A stretch of 64,000 nucleotides of DNA from Candidatus Limnocylindria bacterium. GTDB lineage: Bacteria > Chloroflexota > Limnocylindria > P2-11E. Position 1 is the first letter of the stretch, and each line of letters opens with the position of its first letter. Shown in pieces: positions 26,567 to 35,352 of this stretch. The DNA lies in the NCBI GenBank assembly GCA_036570125.1, contig DATCPK010000027.1, positions 22,166 through 86,165 on the forward strand, read 5' to 3'. The translations under genes were made by a program, and so were the position numbers. The notes below the pieces were generated by a model. The model was given only the letters and a program-made list of their open reading frames with translations, did not search any database and was not told the origin of the DNA.

Positions 26567-28618
26567 CTAGACGTGGTACGGGACGTCGATGACGACTGTA
26601 TTCGGACGAAAGAAAAGCCGAAGCTTGAGCCGCAGAGCCGCCTGGTTGTGGAGCAAGTACTCCCAGGGATGCCGCGGGACGAACTCCGACAGAACGACCG
26701 TGATGGAGCGCTCTGGCTCCTGCTTTTGTAGGGCATCGATGTATGCCACGAGAGGCGGGATGAGCGCGCGGTACGGCGACTCGAGGATGACGAGATCGGT
26801 GTCGCCGTCGAGTTCGAGAGACGACCAACGTGCCCGAAGGCGTTCGCCTTCCACCGGATCGTCGGTCACGTGGACTGCCGTGACCAGAGGGGCGATCGAG
26901 CGGGCGTAGGCCAGCGCCTCGAGAGACGCTCGGTCAAGCCGCGCGAGGAGCACCAACACGCGAGGAGAGGCCCTCCGCGGGAGGGCCGTGTGCGCCTTCT
27001 CGAGCGCGAGCGTGTCCTCGACCGATCGGTAGTGGCGGTTTATTGCCCACATCAGCGCGATGAGTGCCGGTACGAGGACGAGGACCATCCAGGCGCCAAG
27101 ACCGAACTTTGCGGCGCCCACAACCAGCGCGACGATCGCTGTCGCGATGGCGCCGAGGCCATTGAGGGCGGCGCGCCAGCGCCAGCCGCGCTGTGTCTCG
27201 CGCAGCTTCCACCAGTGTCGGACCATCCCGGCCTGGCTGAGCGTGAAAGCGACAAAGACGCCGACCGTGTAGAGCGGGATGAGAGCCGTGACGCTGCCGC
27301 CGAAGGCCACGATCAGTACGGCCGAGAGGAGCGCGAGGACGACGATGCCCGTGGTGAACGCCAGACGATCGCCGCGAAACTGGAAGTAATGCGGTGCGAA
27401 TCGATCGCGCGCCAGGATGCTTCCGAGACGAGGAAAATCTGCGAAGGCCGTATTTGCGGCAAGGACCAGCAGCAACGCGGTCGAGATCTGCACGAGGTAG
27501 TGGTATGGAGTGCCGTTGCCGACAAAAGTCCTGGTCAGCTGACTCACCACAGTCTCCTGCTCAGTCGGGTCGGGAATGATTCCGAGCTGACCGGCCAGGA
27601 AGCTCATGCCAAGGAAAATCGCTCCGAAGAACGAGCCCATGAGGATGAGGACGACCTGCGCGTTGCGTGACTCCGGGCGCTTGAATGCGGGCACGCCGTT
27701 CGAGACCGCCTCCACGCCCGTGAGCGCGACAGACCCGGAGGCGAACGCCCGCAGTACGAGAAGGATTCCCAGTGGTCCGATCGCCGCCTGAAGCTGCCAG
27801 TCCGGCGGGGCGGTGTACTCCGGCAAGGTGCCGGTCGCGAAGCGGAAAAGCCCGTAGGTGATGAGTCCGAAGATCGCGACGAGGTACACGTAGGTCGGAA
27901 GCGCGAAGATCGTCGCGCTCTCCCGGATCCCGCGGAGATTGCCGATCGCGAGGACCACCACGAAGGCGACGCCGAGCGATACACGCACGTCGAAGAGTTG
28001 AGGGAAGATCGACGTCAACGCGGCCACCCCGGCGGCGATCGAGACCGCGACCGTGAGCACGTAGTCGGTGAGCAGCGCGGCTGCGGCGGTCAGCCCTGGG
28101 AATGCACCGAGGTTGTCGCTCGCCACGATGTACGAGCCGCCGCCGTTCGGGTACGCGCCGATCGTTTGCTGGTAGCTCACCACCACGATGGCCAACACGG
28201 CGATGATCGCGAGCGTGATGGGCAGGGTGAGGGCTGCCATCGTGCCGAGGCCGGCGAGGAGAAGCACTCGCATGATCTCCTCTGTCGCGTACGCGGACGA
28301 CGAGATGTTGTCCGAGGCAAAGACAGCAAGTCCCTTGACCTTGCCGATGCGCTCCTCGAACTCGAGGCTCGTCGGGATCCGAGCTCCGAAGAGAAGTCGG
28401 CGTATGCCGTCCACGAACCGACCTGGCGCGGTCGTGGGTGCCAGAACTTGTTCGGTCGCGACGAGGTGGCCCGCGTCCTTGCGCTCGAACTGCCGCTGAG
28501 CCGGCCGTACGATGCGGACGTAGCGATCGCCGCGTTGGCGACCGCGGACGGCCTGCCTTTCCTCGAGGTCCGAACCAGCGGGTTTTGAGCGGGGCACTTT
28601 TGGCTTCGGTTCGTTCAC
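26567..28618 (-). CDS. KimA-type APC permease-like, paralogue 3
   Basis: IRRLLFGARI...FASDNISSSAYATEEIMRVL...AYPNGGGSYIV...LTGVEAVSNGVPAFKRPESRNA...ANTAFADFPRLGSILARDRFAPHYF...NRHY...AVHV...SPYRALIPPL...PYHV. Its stop abuts the trkA stop with 0 nt between them. Confidence 0.75.
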   Translation of the reverse strand: MNEPKPKVPRSKPAGSDLEERQAVRGRQRGDRYVRIVRPAQRQFERKDAGHLVATEQVLAPTTAPGRFVDGIRRLLFGARIPTSLEFEERIGKVKGLAVFASDNISSSAYATEEIMRVLLLAGLGTMAALTLPITLAIIAVLAIVVVSYQQTIGAYPNGGGSYIVASDNLGAFPGLTAAAALLTDYVLTVAVSIAAGVAALTSIFPQLFDVRVSLGVAFVVVLAIGNLRGIRESATIFALPTYVYLVAIFGLITYGLFRFATGTLPEYTAPPDWQLQAAIGPLGILLVLRAFASGSVALTGVEAVSNGVPAFKRPESRNAQVVLILMGSFFGAIFLGMSFLAGQLGIIPDPTEQETVVSQLTRTFVGNGTPYHYLVQISTALLLVLAANTAFADFPRLGSILARDRFAPHYFQFRGDRLAFTTGIVVLALLSAVLIVAFGGSVTALIPLYTVGVFVAFTLSQAGMVRHWWKLRETQRGWRWRAALNGLGAIATAIVALVVGAAKFGLGAWMVLVLVPALIALMWAINRHYRSVEDTLALEKAHTALPRRASPRVLVLLARLDRASLEALAYARSIAPLVTAVHVTDDPVEGERLRARWSSLELDGDTDLVILESPYRALIPPLVAYIDALQKQEPERSITVVLSEFVPRHPWEYLLHNQAALRLKLRLFFRPNTVVIDVPYHV

Positions 28619-28696
28619 GCATGAAGCGTGGTGCGAGAGGCCTCAACGACTCCTGAACACCGAGGCCAACCCGCTCAACGCGCTCTCAATAAAGCG

Positions 28697-29425
28697 TTAG
28701 AGCTCCTCCGACCGGAAGCGGTACCCAACGCCCGGCTCGGTCGTAAGGTGCTTTGGATCCTGGGGATCGCCTTCGATCTTCCGCCTGAGTCGAGCGACGT
28801 ACACGTGTAGGTAGTGCGACTCATCGCCATAGTCGGGACCCCATACCTGCTGGAGGAGCATTCGGTCGGTCAGGACCTTGTTGGCGTTGGTCAGGAACAC
28901 CTTGAGGAGGTCGTATTCGGTCGGCGTCAGGTGGATCTCGCGACCGCCTACCGTGACCTCGCGCCGCTCGACATCGACCACCAGATCCCCGCTGCGGATG
29001 CGCCTTTCTGTTCCGGCGCTCGGGCGCGCGACGTGTCGCAGGGCCACGCGTATCCGTGCCAGGAGCTCGTCGATGCCGAACGGCTTCGTCATGTAATCGT
29101 CCGCGCCGAGGTCGAGTGCGTTCACCTTGTCCGTCTCGCCGCCGCGCGCGGAGAGCACGATGATCGGCGTACCCGAATGCTCCCGAATCCTACGGACGAC
29201 ATCGAAACCATCCCCGTCTGGCAGATTTAGATCGAGCACAACGAGGTCCGGTTGCCGGCGCTCGTAGCTCGCGATCGCCTCTGCACCCGTCTCTGCCGTG
29301 TCCACCTGGAAGCCGTGTCCCCGAAGATTCGTGCGAAGGGTCCTGACCATCGACGGCTCATCGTCGACGACGAGCAGTCGCGCACCGGACGGCTCGGCGC
29401 GCACGGCGCTAGCTGACACCGGCAC
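28697..29425 (-). CDS. OmpR/PhoB-family response regulator, KdpE-like
   Basis: LLVVDDEPSMV...DLVVLDLNLPDGDG..., and winged helix LTPTEYDLLKVFLTNANKVLTDRMLLQQVWG...HYLHVYVARLRRKIE...GVGYRF. Alternative start GTG 29404. Confidence 0.88.
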   Translation of the reverse strand: MPVSASAVRAEPSGARLLVVDDEPSMVRTLRTNLRGHGFQVDTAETGAEAIASYERRQPDLVVLDLNLPDGDGFDVVRRIREHSGTPIIVLSARGGETDKVNALDLGADDYMTKPFGIDELLARIRVALRHVARPSAGTERRIRSGDLVVDVERREVTVGGREIHLTPTEYDLLKVFLTNANKVLTDRMLLQQVWGPDYGDESHYLHVYVARLRRKIEGDPQDPKHLTTEPGVGYRFRSEEL

Positions 29426-30938
29426 GTCCGGGAAGTGTGAACACGATGGCCGTCCCGTCGCTCACCCCGCGATCGATCCAGATCGCGCCCGCATGCGCTT
29501 CCACGAGTCGCTTCGCGATCGCCAGTCCGAGCCCGACCCCGCGGGGACCTTGGCCAGCTCGCGCGAGGCGAACGAAGGGCAGAAAGATCCTTTCGCTGTC
29601 GCCCGCCGCGATGCCCGGTCCGTGGTCGCGAACCTCGAACCTAATAGTGCTGTCGTCGCGAACGACGGTGATGCCGATCTCGGACCCCGGTGGTGAGAAC
29701 TTCGCGGCATTCTCGACAAGATTCGAGAGCACCTGTTGGATCTCGACGTAGTCCAGCTCGACCGGAGGCAGATCCTCCGGGACTTCGACCCGCACCGGGT
29801 GGCCCGAGGTCACCGGGCGCATCCGCCCCGCGACGTCTTCGACGAGCGCTCCGACGTCGTGCCACGCCTTGTGCGGGACAAGAGTTCCGTTCTCGATCCG
29901 TGACAGGTCAAGGAGATTGCCTACCACGCGATCGAGGCGCACAGCGTCCTCCTGTATCGCGCCTGCGAACTCGTCTCGCTCGCGGTCGGTCCATTCCACC
30001 TCGCGCTGTCTTAGGCTCCCTGCCGAGGCCAGGATCGAGGCGAGCGGGGTGCGCAACTCGTGAGAGACCGCGTGCAGCAGCTCTGTCTTGAGATCGTCGG
30101 CGCGACGAAGCACCTCGGCCTCGGTCGCCTCCTTCCGGAGCCGCGCACTTTCGATCGTGAGGCCCAACTGGGCGGCCGCGATCGCCAATAGGCTCTCATC
30201 TCCGCGACCCAGCTCGGTTGCGCCGCGTCTCGGAAGCACTCGGAGTGTGCCAATGCGTTCCTTTGCGGAGACGATCGGAACCACTCGAGCGCGTTTGTCC
30301 CGCGCCGCCCCGGGCTTCTGCGGGCCGACGAGGCGTATTCGCCGCGATGCGCCGCCCGGGTCCATCAGGCGCAGCTCCGTTCCGGTCGCTCGCAGGGACT
30401 CTCGCGCCGCTTCATCGCGCGCGGCGATCGCCCGCCGTGGGAGGATCTCGGAATCCGCTTCGATCGACACCGCGTCGAGGTCCAGCGCGGCACGAAAATG
30501 CTCGGCGACCGCTACGAGCGCCCGCTCGAGATCGGGCTCGGCCATGAGGAAGGCCGCCTCGTACAGGACCTTCGCATCGTGCTCGCGGTGCTCGGCCTCC
30601 TGCGCGCGCGCCCGTTCGCGCGCCGCGAGGGTTCCCGTGACCACCGCCGTAATGAGGAAGAGCGCTAGCGAAAAGACTTCCTGCGGCTCCGCGACGACGA
30701 GCTGGTGCGTGGGGGGCACGAAGAACCAGTCGAACGTAAGGAACGCCAGGACGCTGGCCACGATCGCCGCCGCGCTCCCGTATGCCACGGCGACGATCAG
30801 CACCGCGACGAGGTAGAGCATCGAGATGTTCGCGATCTGCGCGCGTCCGACGACGAGACTGATGAGCCCCGTGGTGATCGCCACTGCAGCAACGGCGGCA
30901 ACGTACGGCACCAAACGGCGCATGAAGCCATTCTCCAT
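29409..30938 (-). CDS. Sensor histidine kinase, KdpD C-terminal-half type (DUF4118 TM module + GAF-like + HisKA + HATPase_c); lacks the KdpD N-terminal/Usp domains
   Basis: ISMLYLVAVLIVAVAYGSAAAIVASVLAFLTFDWFFVPP...LALFLITAVVTGTLAAR (DUF4118 pattern). H-box LLHAVSHELRTPLASI. N/G boxes LSNLVENAAKFS, DHGPGI, GVGLGLAIAK. Confidence 0.85.
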   Translation of the reverse strand: MENGFMRRLVPYVAAVAAVAITTGLISLVVGRAQIANISMLYLVAVLIVAVAYGSAAAIVASVLAFLTFDWFFVPPTHQLVVAEPQEVFSLALFLITAVVTGTLAARERARAQEAEHREHDAKVLYEAAFLMAEPDLERALVAVAEHFRAALDLDAVSIEADSEILPRRAIAARDEAARESLRATGTELRLMDPGGASRRIRLVGPQKPGAARDKRARVVPIVSAKERIGTLRVLPRRGATELGRGDESLLAIAAAQLGLTIESARLRKEATEAEVLRRADDLKTELLHAVSHELRTPLASILASAGSLRQREVEWTDRERDEFAGAIQEDAVRLDRVVGNLLDLSRIENGTLVPHKAWHDVGALVEDVAGRMRPVTSGHPVRVEVPEDLPPVELDYVEIQQVLSNLVENAAKFSPPGSEIGITVVRDDSTIRFEVRDHGPGIAAGDSERIFLPFVRLARAGQGPRGVGLGLAIAKRLVEAHAGAIWIDRGVSDGTAIVFTLPGRAGVS

Positions 30939-32272
30939 TAGCCGGTGGTCGCCGCCTCCGTCACGCCAGGCATCGCGAGGCCGGCGGCGACGCTCGTAAA
31001 TGCGGCCGCGTCGCGCTCGACCGCGTTCGGCAACAGCTCGCGCATGAGCGTGCGGAACGCGGGGATCGCGCTGGAGCCGCCCGTGTAGACGACCGCGGCG
31101 ACGTCGGCTCCGACGATGCCGGCGTCGTCGGTGACGCGCCGCACGAGCGCGCCGGTCTCGTCGAGCATCGGCCGGATCAAGCTCTCGAACCGGCCGCGAG
31201 TGACCCGCGCGTCGACGTCGACCTCGGCGTGGTGATAGGTGAGGATTGCGGCCGCCAACTTCGAGAGATCGATCTTGGTCGCGTCCGTTGTCTGGAAGAT
31301 CTCGTAACCGAGCTGGAGCTCGATCGCGCTTCGAAGTGCCGCGAGCTCGCGTTTGGGCGCGCCCGCGCGCACAAGATCGTCGAGCGCGTCCAACAAAGGC
31401 TTCTCGTTCAAGGCGGAGAGTGCGTGCCAGTCACGCAGCGCATTGACGATGTAGCGCGGGAGCCGCAGACGCTTGGGTCCCCACTCGGCGTGCGAACCCA
31501 GACGTGGCGCGACCGCGTCCTCGATGAGGAGCTCGGTCGCGCGGTCACCACCGATGGGACCGCCGGCGGTCGCCAGGACCGCCAGTCCTCCGCTGCTCTC
31601 GCGGCGCACGATGCAGAGGTCGAGGGTGCCGCCGCCGAAGTCGAACACGAGGCTCGTTCCCTCGCCGACGTCGGCGGCGTGGGCCGCCGCGATCGGCTCG
31701 GGCACGAAGCGAATCTCGCGAAAGCCCGCGAGCTCGGCGGCGGCCCGGAGGCGCCCGGTCGCGCGGCCCTCCGCGCCCTCGTCGCCGATGAAGCGGACGG
31801 GCCGGCCGAGCGTGATCGCCTCAGGTGCGGTCCCGGTGAGGACCTTCGCGCGGTTGCGGACGTGGACGAGGATGAGCGCGATCAGCTCCTCGAGGCCCTT
31901 CGCGTTGCCGAATACGTTCGTGCGCGTCTCGAGGGGATCGCCGAGAAAGGTCTTGAGGGCCTGAAATAACCGGCCGGGGGCATTGCGGTCCGTGTAGATG
32001 TGGGCCTCGACGATCGGGTGATCGGGATTGGAAGACTCCATGAGGATCCCGAGCGACTGGAACTCTCTGGTAAGCGGCCCGCGCGAGCGGTTGTCAGCGA
32101 GGTACGCATCGATGGCCGGCCGCCCAACGATTGGAGTGCCATCTCTCCGGATGTAGAGGACCGTCGGCATGGTCTCTCCAGCAACGAGATCGATGGGGAG
32201 CACGCGCACACCGGATCCGTCGGAGACGGCCAGGGAGGTGTTTGAAGTACCGAAATCAAGGCCAAAGCGCAT
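30938..32272 (-). CDS. Hsp70-family ATPase, nucleotide-binding domain only (YegD-like)
   Basis: MRFGLDFGTSNTSLAV...FVPEPIAAAHA...VFDFGGGTLDLCIV...VVYTGGSSAIPAF. 444 aa with no substrate-binding domain. Its TAA overlaps the kinase ATG by 1 nt (TAATG). Confidence 0.8.
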   Translation of the reverse strand: MRFGLDFGTSNTSLAVSDGSGVRVLPIDLVAGETMPTVLYIRRDGTPIVGRPAIDAYLADNRSRGPLTREFQSLGILMESSNPDHPIVEAHIYTDRNAPGRLFQALKTFLGDPLETRTNVFGNAKGLEELIALILVHVRNRAKVLTGTAPEAITLGRPVRFIGDEGAEGRATGRLRAAAELAGFREIRFVPEPIAAAHAADVGEGTSLVFDFGGGTLDLCIVRRESSGGLAVLATAGGPIGGDRATELLIEDAVAPRLGSHAEWGPKRLRLPRYIVNALRDWHALSALNEKPLLDALDDLVRAGAPKRELAALRSAIELQLGYEIFQTTDATKIDLSKLAAAILTYHHAEVDVDARVTRGRFESLIRPMLDETGALVRRVTDDAGIVGADVAAVVYTGGSSAIPAFRTLMRELLPNAVERDAAAFTSVAAGLAMPGVTEAATTG

Positions 32273-32297
32273 GGGCCGCCAAGCCTAAAACGCGGCC

Positions 32298-32395
32298 GCC
32301 AGACTGCCGACCGAGGGCCCCCGCGCGGTGGGGCACCGGCCGGAGGCCGGGGGGGTCCGCCGCCGCGTAAAGAGGGTTTTGGTCGGCAGGCTGGC
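32298..32395. other. 98-nt GC-rich long hairpin element in the divergent Hsp70-like/hspR intergenic region
   Basis: gccagactgccgacc (32298-32312) pairs with ggtcggcaggctggc (32381-32395) at 14/15 positions. The interior has further GC-rich sub-stems. Confidence 0.5.
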
Positions 32396-32459
32396 TGCCC
32401 GCTCGCGGCTTCGGTGGTCGGTTGGCCGGCTCGGCTAGGCCATACCCAAAGGAGGAGTC

Positions 32460-32489
32460 TTGACAACGGCGTTGATAGGTCTTTAGATA
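32460..32489 (+). promoter_or_regulatory. Sigma-70-type promoter of the hspR operon (TTGACA-N17-TTAGAT/TAGATA), probable leaderless transcript; overlapping imperfect palindrome as candidate HspR operator
   Basis: TTGACA at 32460-32465. TTAGAT at 32483-32488 after a 17-nt spacer. ATG at 32495, only 6-7 nt after the -10 box. CAACG-G-CGTTG palindrome inside the spacer. Confidence 0.5.
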
Positions 32490-32494
32490 TCTTC

Positions 32495-32866
32495 ATGGCA
32501 GGCGCAAGACGACCCGTGTACGTGATCAGCATCGCAGCGGGCCTGGCGGGTTGCCATCCGCGGACGCTCCGCATCTACGAGGAGGAAGGACTGCTCGATC
32601 CGGTGCGAACGGACACGAACATCCGGCTGTACTCGGACGAGGACCTCGAGCGCGTGCGCGCGATCCGATATCTCACGCAAACGCGCGGGGTGAACCTCGC
32701 GGGGGTGAAGCTCCTGCTTCAGCTCCGCAACGCGGCGGACTTCCTGGACGAGATCGCGAACGAGCTCTCGCGCGAAGACGACGAGGCCACGCAGACCGTC
32801 GAAGTGACACACGAGCCCACGAACCGCAAGCCACGAACACGTCGCCAAAAGGGCGCCGAACTCTAA
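32495..32866 (+). CDS. hspR: MerR-family heat-shock regulator HspR
   Basis: MAGARRPVYVISIAAGLAGCHPRTLRIYEEEGLLDPVRTDTNIRLYSDEDLERVRAIRYLTQTRGVNLAGVKLLLQL. The ORF track start 32414 was trimmed to the ATG preceding the HTH. Confidence 0.8.
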   Translation: MAGARRPVYVISIAAGLAGCHPRTLRIYEEEGLLDPVRTDTNIRLYSDEDLERVRAIRYLTQTRGVNLAGVKLLLQLRNAADFLDEIANELSREDDEATQTVEVTHEPTNRKPRTRRQKGAEL

Positions 32867-32901
32867 GTGCCGACCCTTAAGTCGCTAGAAGGAAAAAAGA
32901 A

Positions 32902-35334
32902 GTGACCGACTCCGAGACCACACCAACGAACGCGAACCCGCAGACGAGCCAATTCCCGAGCGATCTGCCGCTCGTGCCACTACGGGAGGCCGTCGTCTTC
33001 CCGAAGCTGGTGGTCCCGCTCGGGGTGGGTCGCGAAAAGAGCGTCGCAGCGATCAACGCGGCGATGAATGAAGAGAAGCACTACATCGTCCTCGCAGCTC
33101 AGAAGGACGCCGAGGTCGATGATGTCGCCCCCGAGCAGATCTACTCGGTCGGCACAGTCGCGGAGATCGTGCGCCTCCTCCGGATCCCGGACGGAAGTGC
33201 GCAGATCATCGTGCAGGGCATCCACCGCGTCCGCATCACCAACTACCTGCCGGAGCAGCGGTTCTTCCGCGTGAACTTCGAGGTCATCCCCGACGAGGTC
33301 GGAAACCCGGTCGAGCGGGAGGCGCTCCTGCGCAACGTGCGCGGCCTGTTCGAGAAGTACGTCGACAACGGCGGCTCGATCCTCCCCGAGCTCGCCATGA
33401 CCGCGAAGAACACCGAGGACCCCGCGCACTTCGCGGACCTCGTTGCATCGAGCCCAGACCTCACGCTCGAGCAGCGCCAGCAGCTCCTCGAAATGCCCGC
33501 GGTCGTCGAGCGCCTCAAGTTCATCTCTGTGTTCCTCGCGAAGCAGAACGAGATCCTCGAGCTCAAGGCGAAGATCCAGAGCGAGGTCCAGCAGACCCTC
33601 GACAAGACTCAGCGCGAGTACATCCTCCGCGAGCAGATGAAGGCCATCCAGAAGGAGCTCGGCGAGGACGAGGGCGGTGCGGAGCTTCGCGAGATCAAGG
33701 AAAAGATCGAGCAGGCCGGCATGCCCGACGCGGTGAAGGAGAAGGCCCTCAAGGAAGTGGGCCGTCTCGAGAAGATCCCTCAGGCCTCGCCCGAGACCGG
33801 CGTGATCCGCACCTACGTCGACTGGCTCGTCTCGCTCCCGTGGAGCAAGGCCGCGAGCGACGATTGGGACATCGCGCAAGCCGCGAAGATCCTCGACGAG
33901 GACCACTACGGCCTGCCCAAGATCAAGGACCGCATCCTCGAATACATGGCCGTTCGCAAGCTCGCCCCGGGCCTGCGCGCGCCGATCCTCTCGTTCGTGG
34001 GCCCGCCCGGCGTGGGCAAGACGAGCCTCGGCAAATCCATCGCGCGAGCCATGGGTCGCAAGTTCATCCGCATGTCGCTCGGCGGCATTCGCGATGAGGC
34101 CGAGATCCGCGGCCACCGGCGCACGTACGTTGGCGCGCTCCCCGGCCGCATCCTCCAGAACATGAAGACGGCCGGCGAGATCAACCCGGTGTTCATGCTC
34201 GACGAGATCGACAAGGTCGGCGCGGACTTCCGCGGCGACCCGAGCTCCGCGCTTCTCGAGGTCCTCGACCCCGAGCAGAACAACGCGTTCAGCGATCACT
34301 ACCTCGAGGTGCCGTACGACCTGTCGAAGGTGATCTTCATCACCACCGCGAACGTCGAGGACACCATCATCCCGCCGCTCCGCGACCGCATGGAGATCAT
34401 CCGTCTCCCCGGTTACACGGAGGACGAGAAGATGCACATCGCCGAGGGCTTCCTCCTGCCGAAGCAGCTGAAGCAGCACGGGCTCGAAGAGGGGAAGCTG
34501 GTCATCGGCAACGAGACCATTCGCAAGCTCGTCCGCGAGTACACGCGCGAGGCCGGCGTCCGCAACCTCGAGCGGGAGATCGGCACGATCAACCGCAAGG
34601 TCGCGCGATCGATCGCTGAGGGCAAGGCCGCGACCATCGAGGTCAAGCCCGAGGATCTCGACAAGTACCTCGGCCCAGAGCGGTTCGAGTACGGGCTCGC
34701 CGAGAAAGAGGACCAGGTCGGCGCGGCCACCGGCGTTTCGGTGTCCGAGCACGGCGGCGACGTCCTCACCGTCGAGGCGACGATCATGGACCAGGGATCC
34801 AAGCAGGAGGAGTTCGTCCTCACGGGCCAGATCCAGAAGGTCATGGAAGAGTCGGCCATCGCGGCTCTGAGCTACGTCCGAGCGCACTACGCCGAGCTCG
34901 GCGTGCCGAAGGGCTTCTTCAAGGACCACGCCATGCACATCCACGTGCCGGCGGGCGCTATCCCCAAGGATGGTCCATCGGCCGGAGTCACGATGGCGAC
35001 CGCCATCGTGTCGGCGCTGACGGGCCGCAAGGTCCGCAAGGACGTCGCGATGACCGGTGAGATCACGCTCCGTGGTCTCGTCCTGCCGATCGGCGGAGTG
35101 AAGGAGAAGCTGCTCGCGGCGCACCGCGCCGGGATCAAGGTCTTCCTCATGCCGAAGAAGAACAAGAAGGATCTCGTGGACGTCCCGCAGGAAGTCGTCG
35201 ACACCGTCGACATCAGGCTGATGGAGACCATCGACGAGGTGCTCAAGAACGCACTGTTGCCTGGACCGAACGTGACACCAGCGCAAATCGAGGCGGCGCG
35301 TCCGAGCATCCCTACGGCCGCGCCAGCGCACTAG
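32902..35334 (+). CDS. lon: ATP-dependent Lon protease (LonA)
   Basis: LON N-domain [19 protein letters not shown]. Walker [16 protein letters not shown]. Protease site [21 protein letters not shown]...[14 protein letters not shown]. Confidence 0.97.
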   Translation: MTDSETTPTNANPQTSQFPSDLPLVPLREAVVFPKLVVPLGVGREKSVAAINAAMNEEKHYIVLAAQKDAEVDDVAPEQIYSVGTVAEIVRLLRIPDGSAQIIVQGIHRVRITNYLPEQRFFRVNFEVIPDEVGNPVEREALLRNVRGLFEKYVDNGGSILPELAMTAKNTEDPAHFADLVASSPDLTLEQRQQLLEMPAVVERLKFISVFLAKQNEILELKAKIQSEVQQTLDKTQREYILREQMKAIQKELGEDEGGAELREIKEKIEQAGMPDAVKEKALKEVGRLEKIPQASPETGVIRTYVDWLVSLPWSKAASDDWDIAQAAKILDEDHYGLPKIKDRILEYMAVRKLAPGLRAPILSFVGPPGVGKTSLGKSIARAMGRKFIRMSLGGIRDEAEIRGHRRTYVGALPGRILQNMKTAGEINPVFMLDEIDKVGADFRGDPSSALLEVLDPEQNNAFSDHYLEVPYDLSKVIFITTANVEDTIIPPLRDRMEIIRLPGYTEDEKMHIAEGFLLPKQLKQHGLEEGKLVIGNETIRKLVREYTREAGVRNLEREIGTINRKVARSIAEGKAATIEVKPEDLDKYLGPERFEYGLAEKEDQVGAATGVSVSEHGGDVLTVEATIMDQGSKQEEFVLTGQIQKVMEESAIAALSYVRAHYAELGVPKGFFKDHAMHIHVPAGAIPKDGPSAGVTMATAIVSALTGRKVRKDVAMTGEITLRGLVLPIGGVKEKLLAAHRAGIKVFLMPKKNKKDLVDVPQEVVDTVDIRLMETIDEVLKNALLPGPNVTPAQIEAARPSIPTAAPAH

Positions 35335-35352
35335 CTTTCGGGGGCGTAACGG

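Noticed and set aside
28619-28696. c-di-AMP (ydaO/kimA-class) riboswitch upstream of KimA-like paralogue 3.
   Set aside because: The gap is only 78 nt, which is much shorter than that aptamer class. I see just one simple hairpin (GGCCTC-N17-GAGGCC). The other two paralogues have no 5' leader at all.
32273-32494. Canonical HspR HAIR box (CTTGAGT-N7-ACTCAAG).
   Set aside because: No match better than about 4/7 per half-site was found. Only the imperfect palindrome around CAACG-G-CGTTG is reported, as a candidate.
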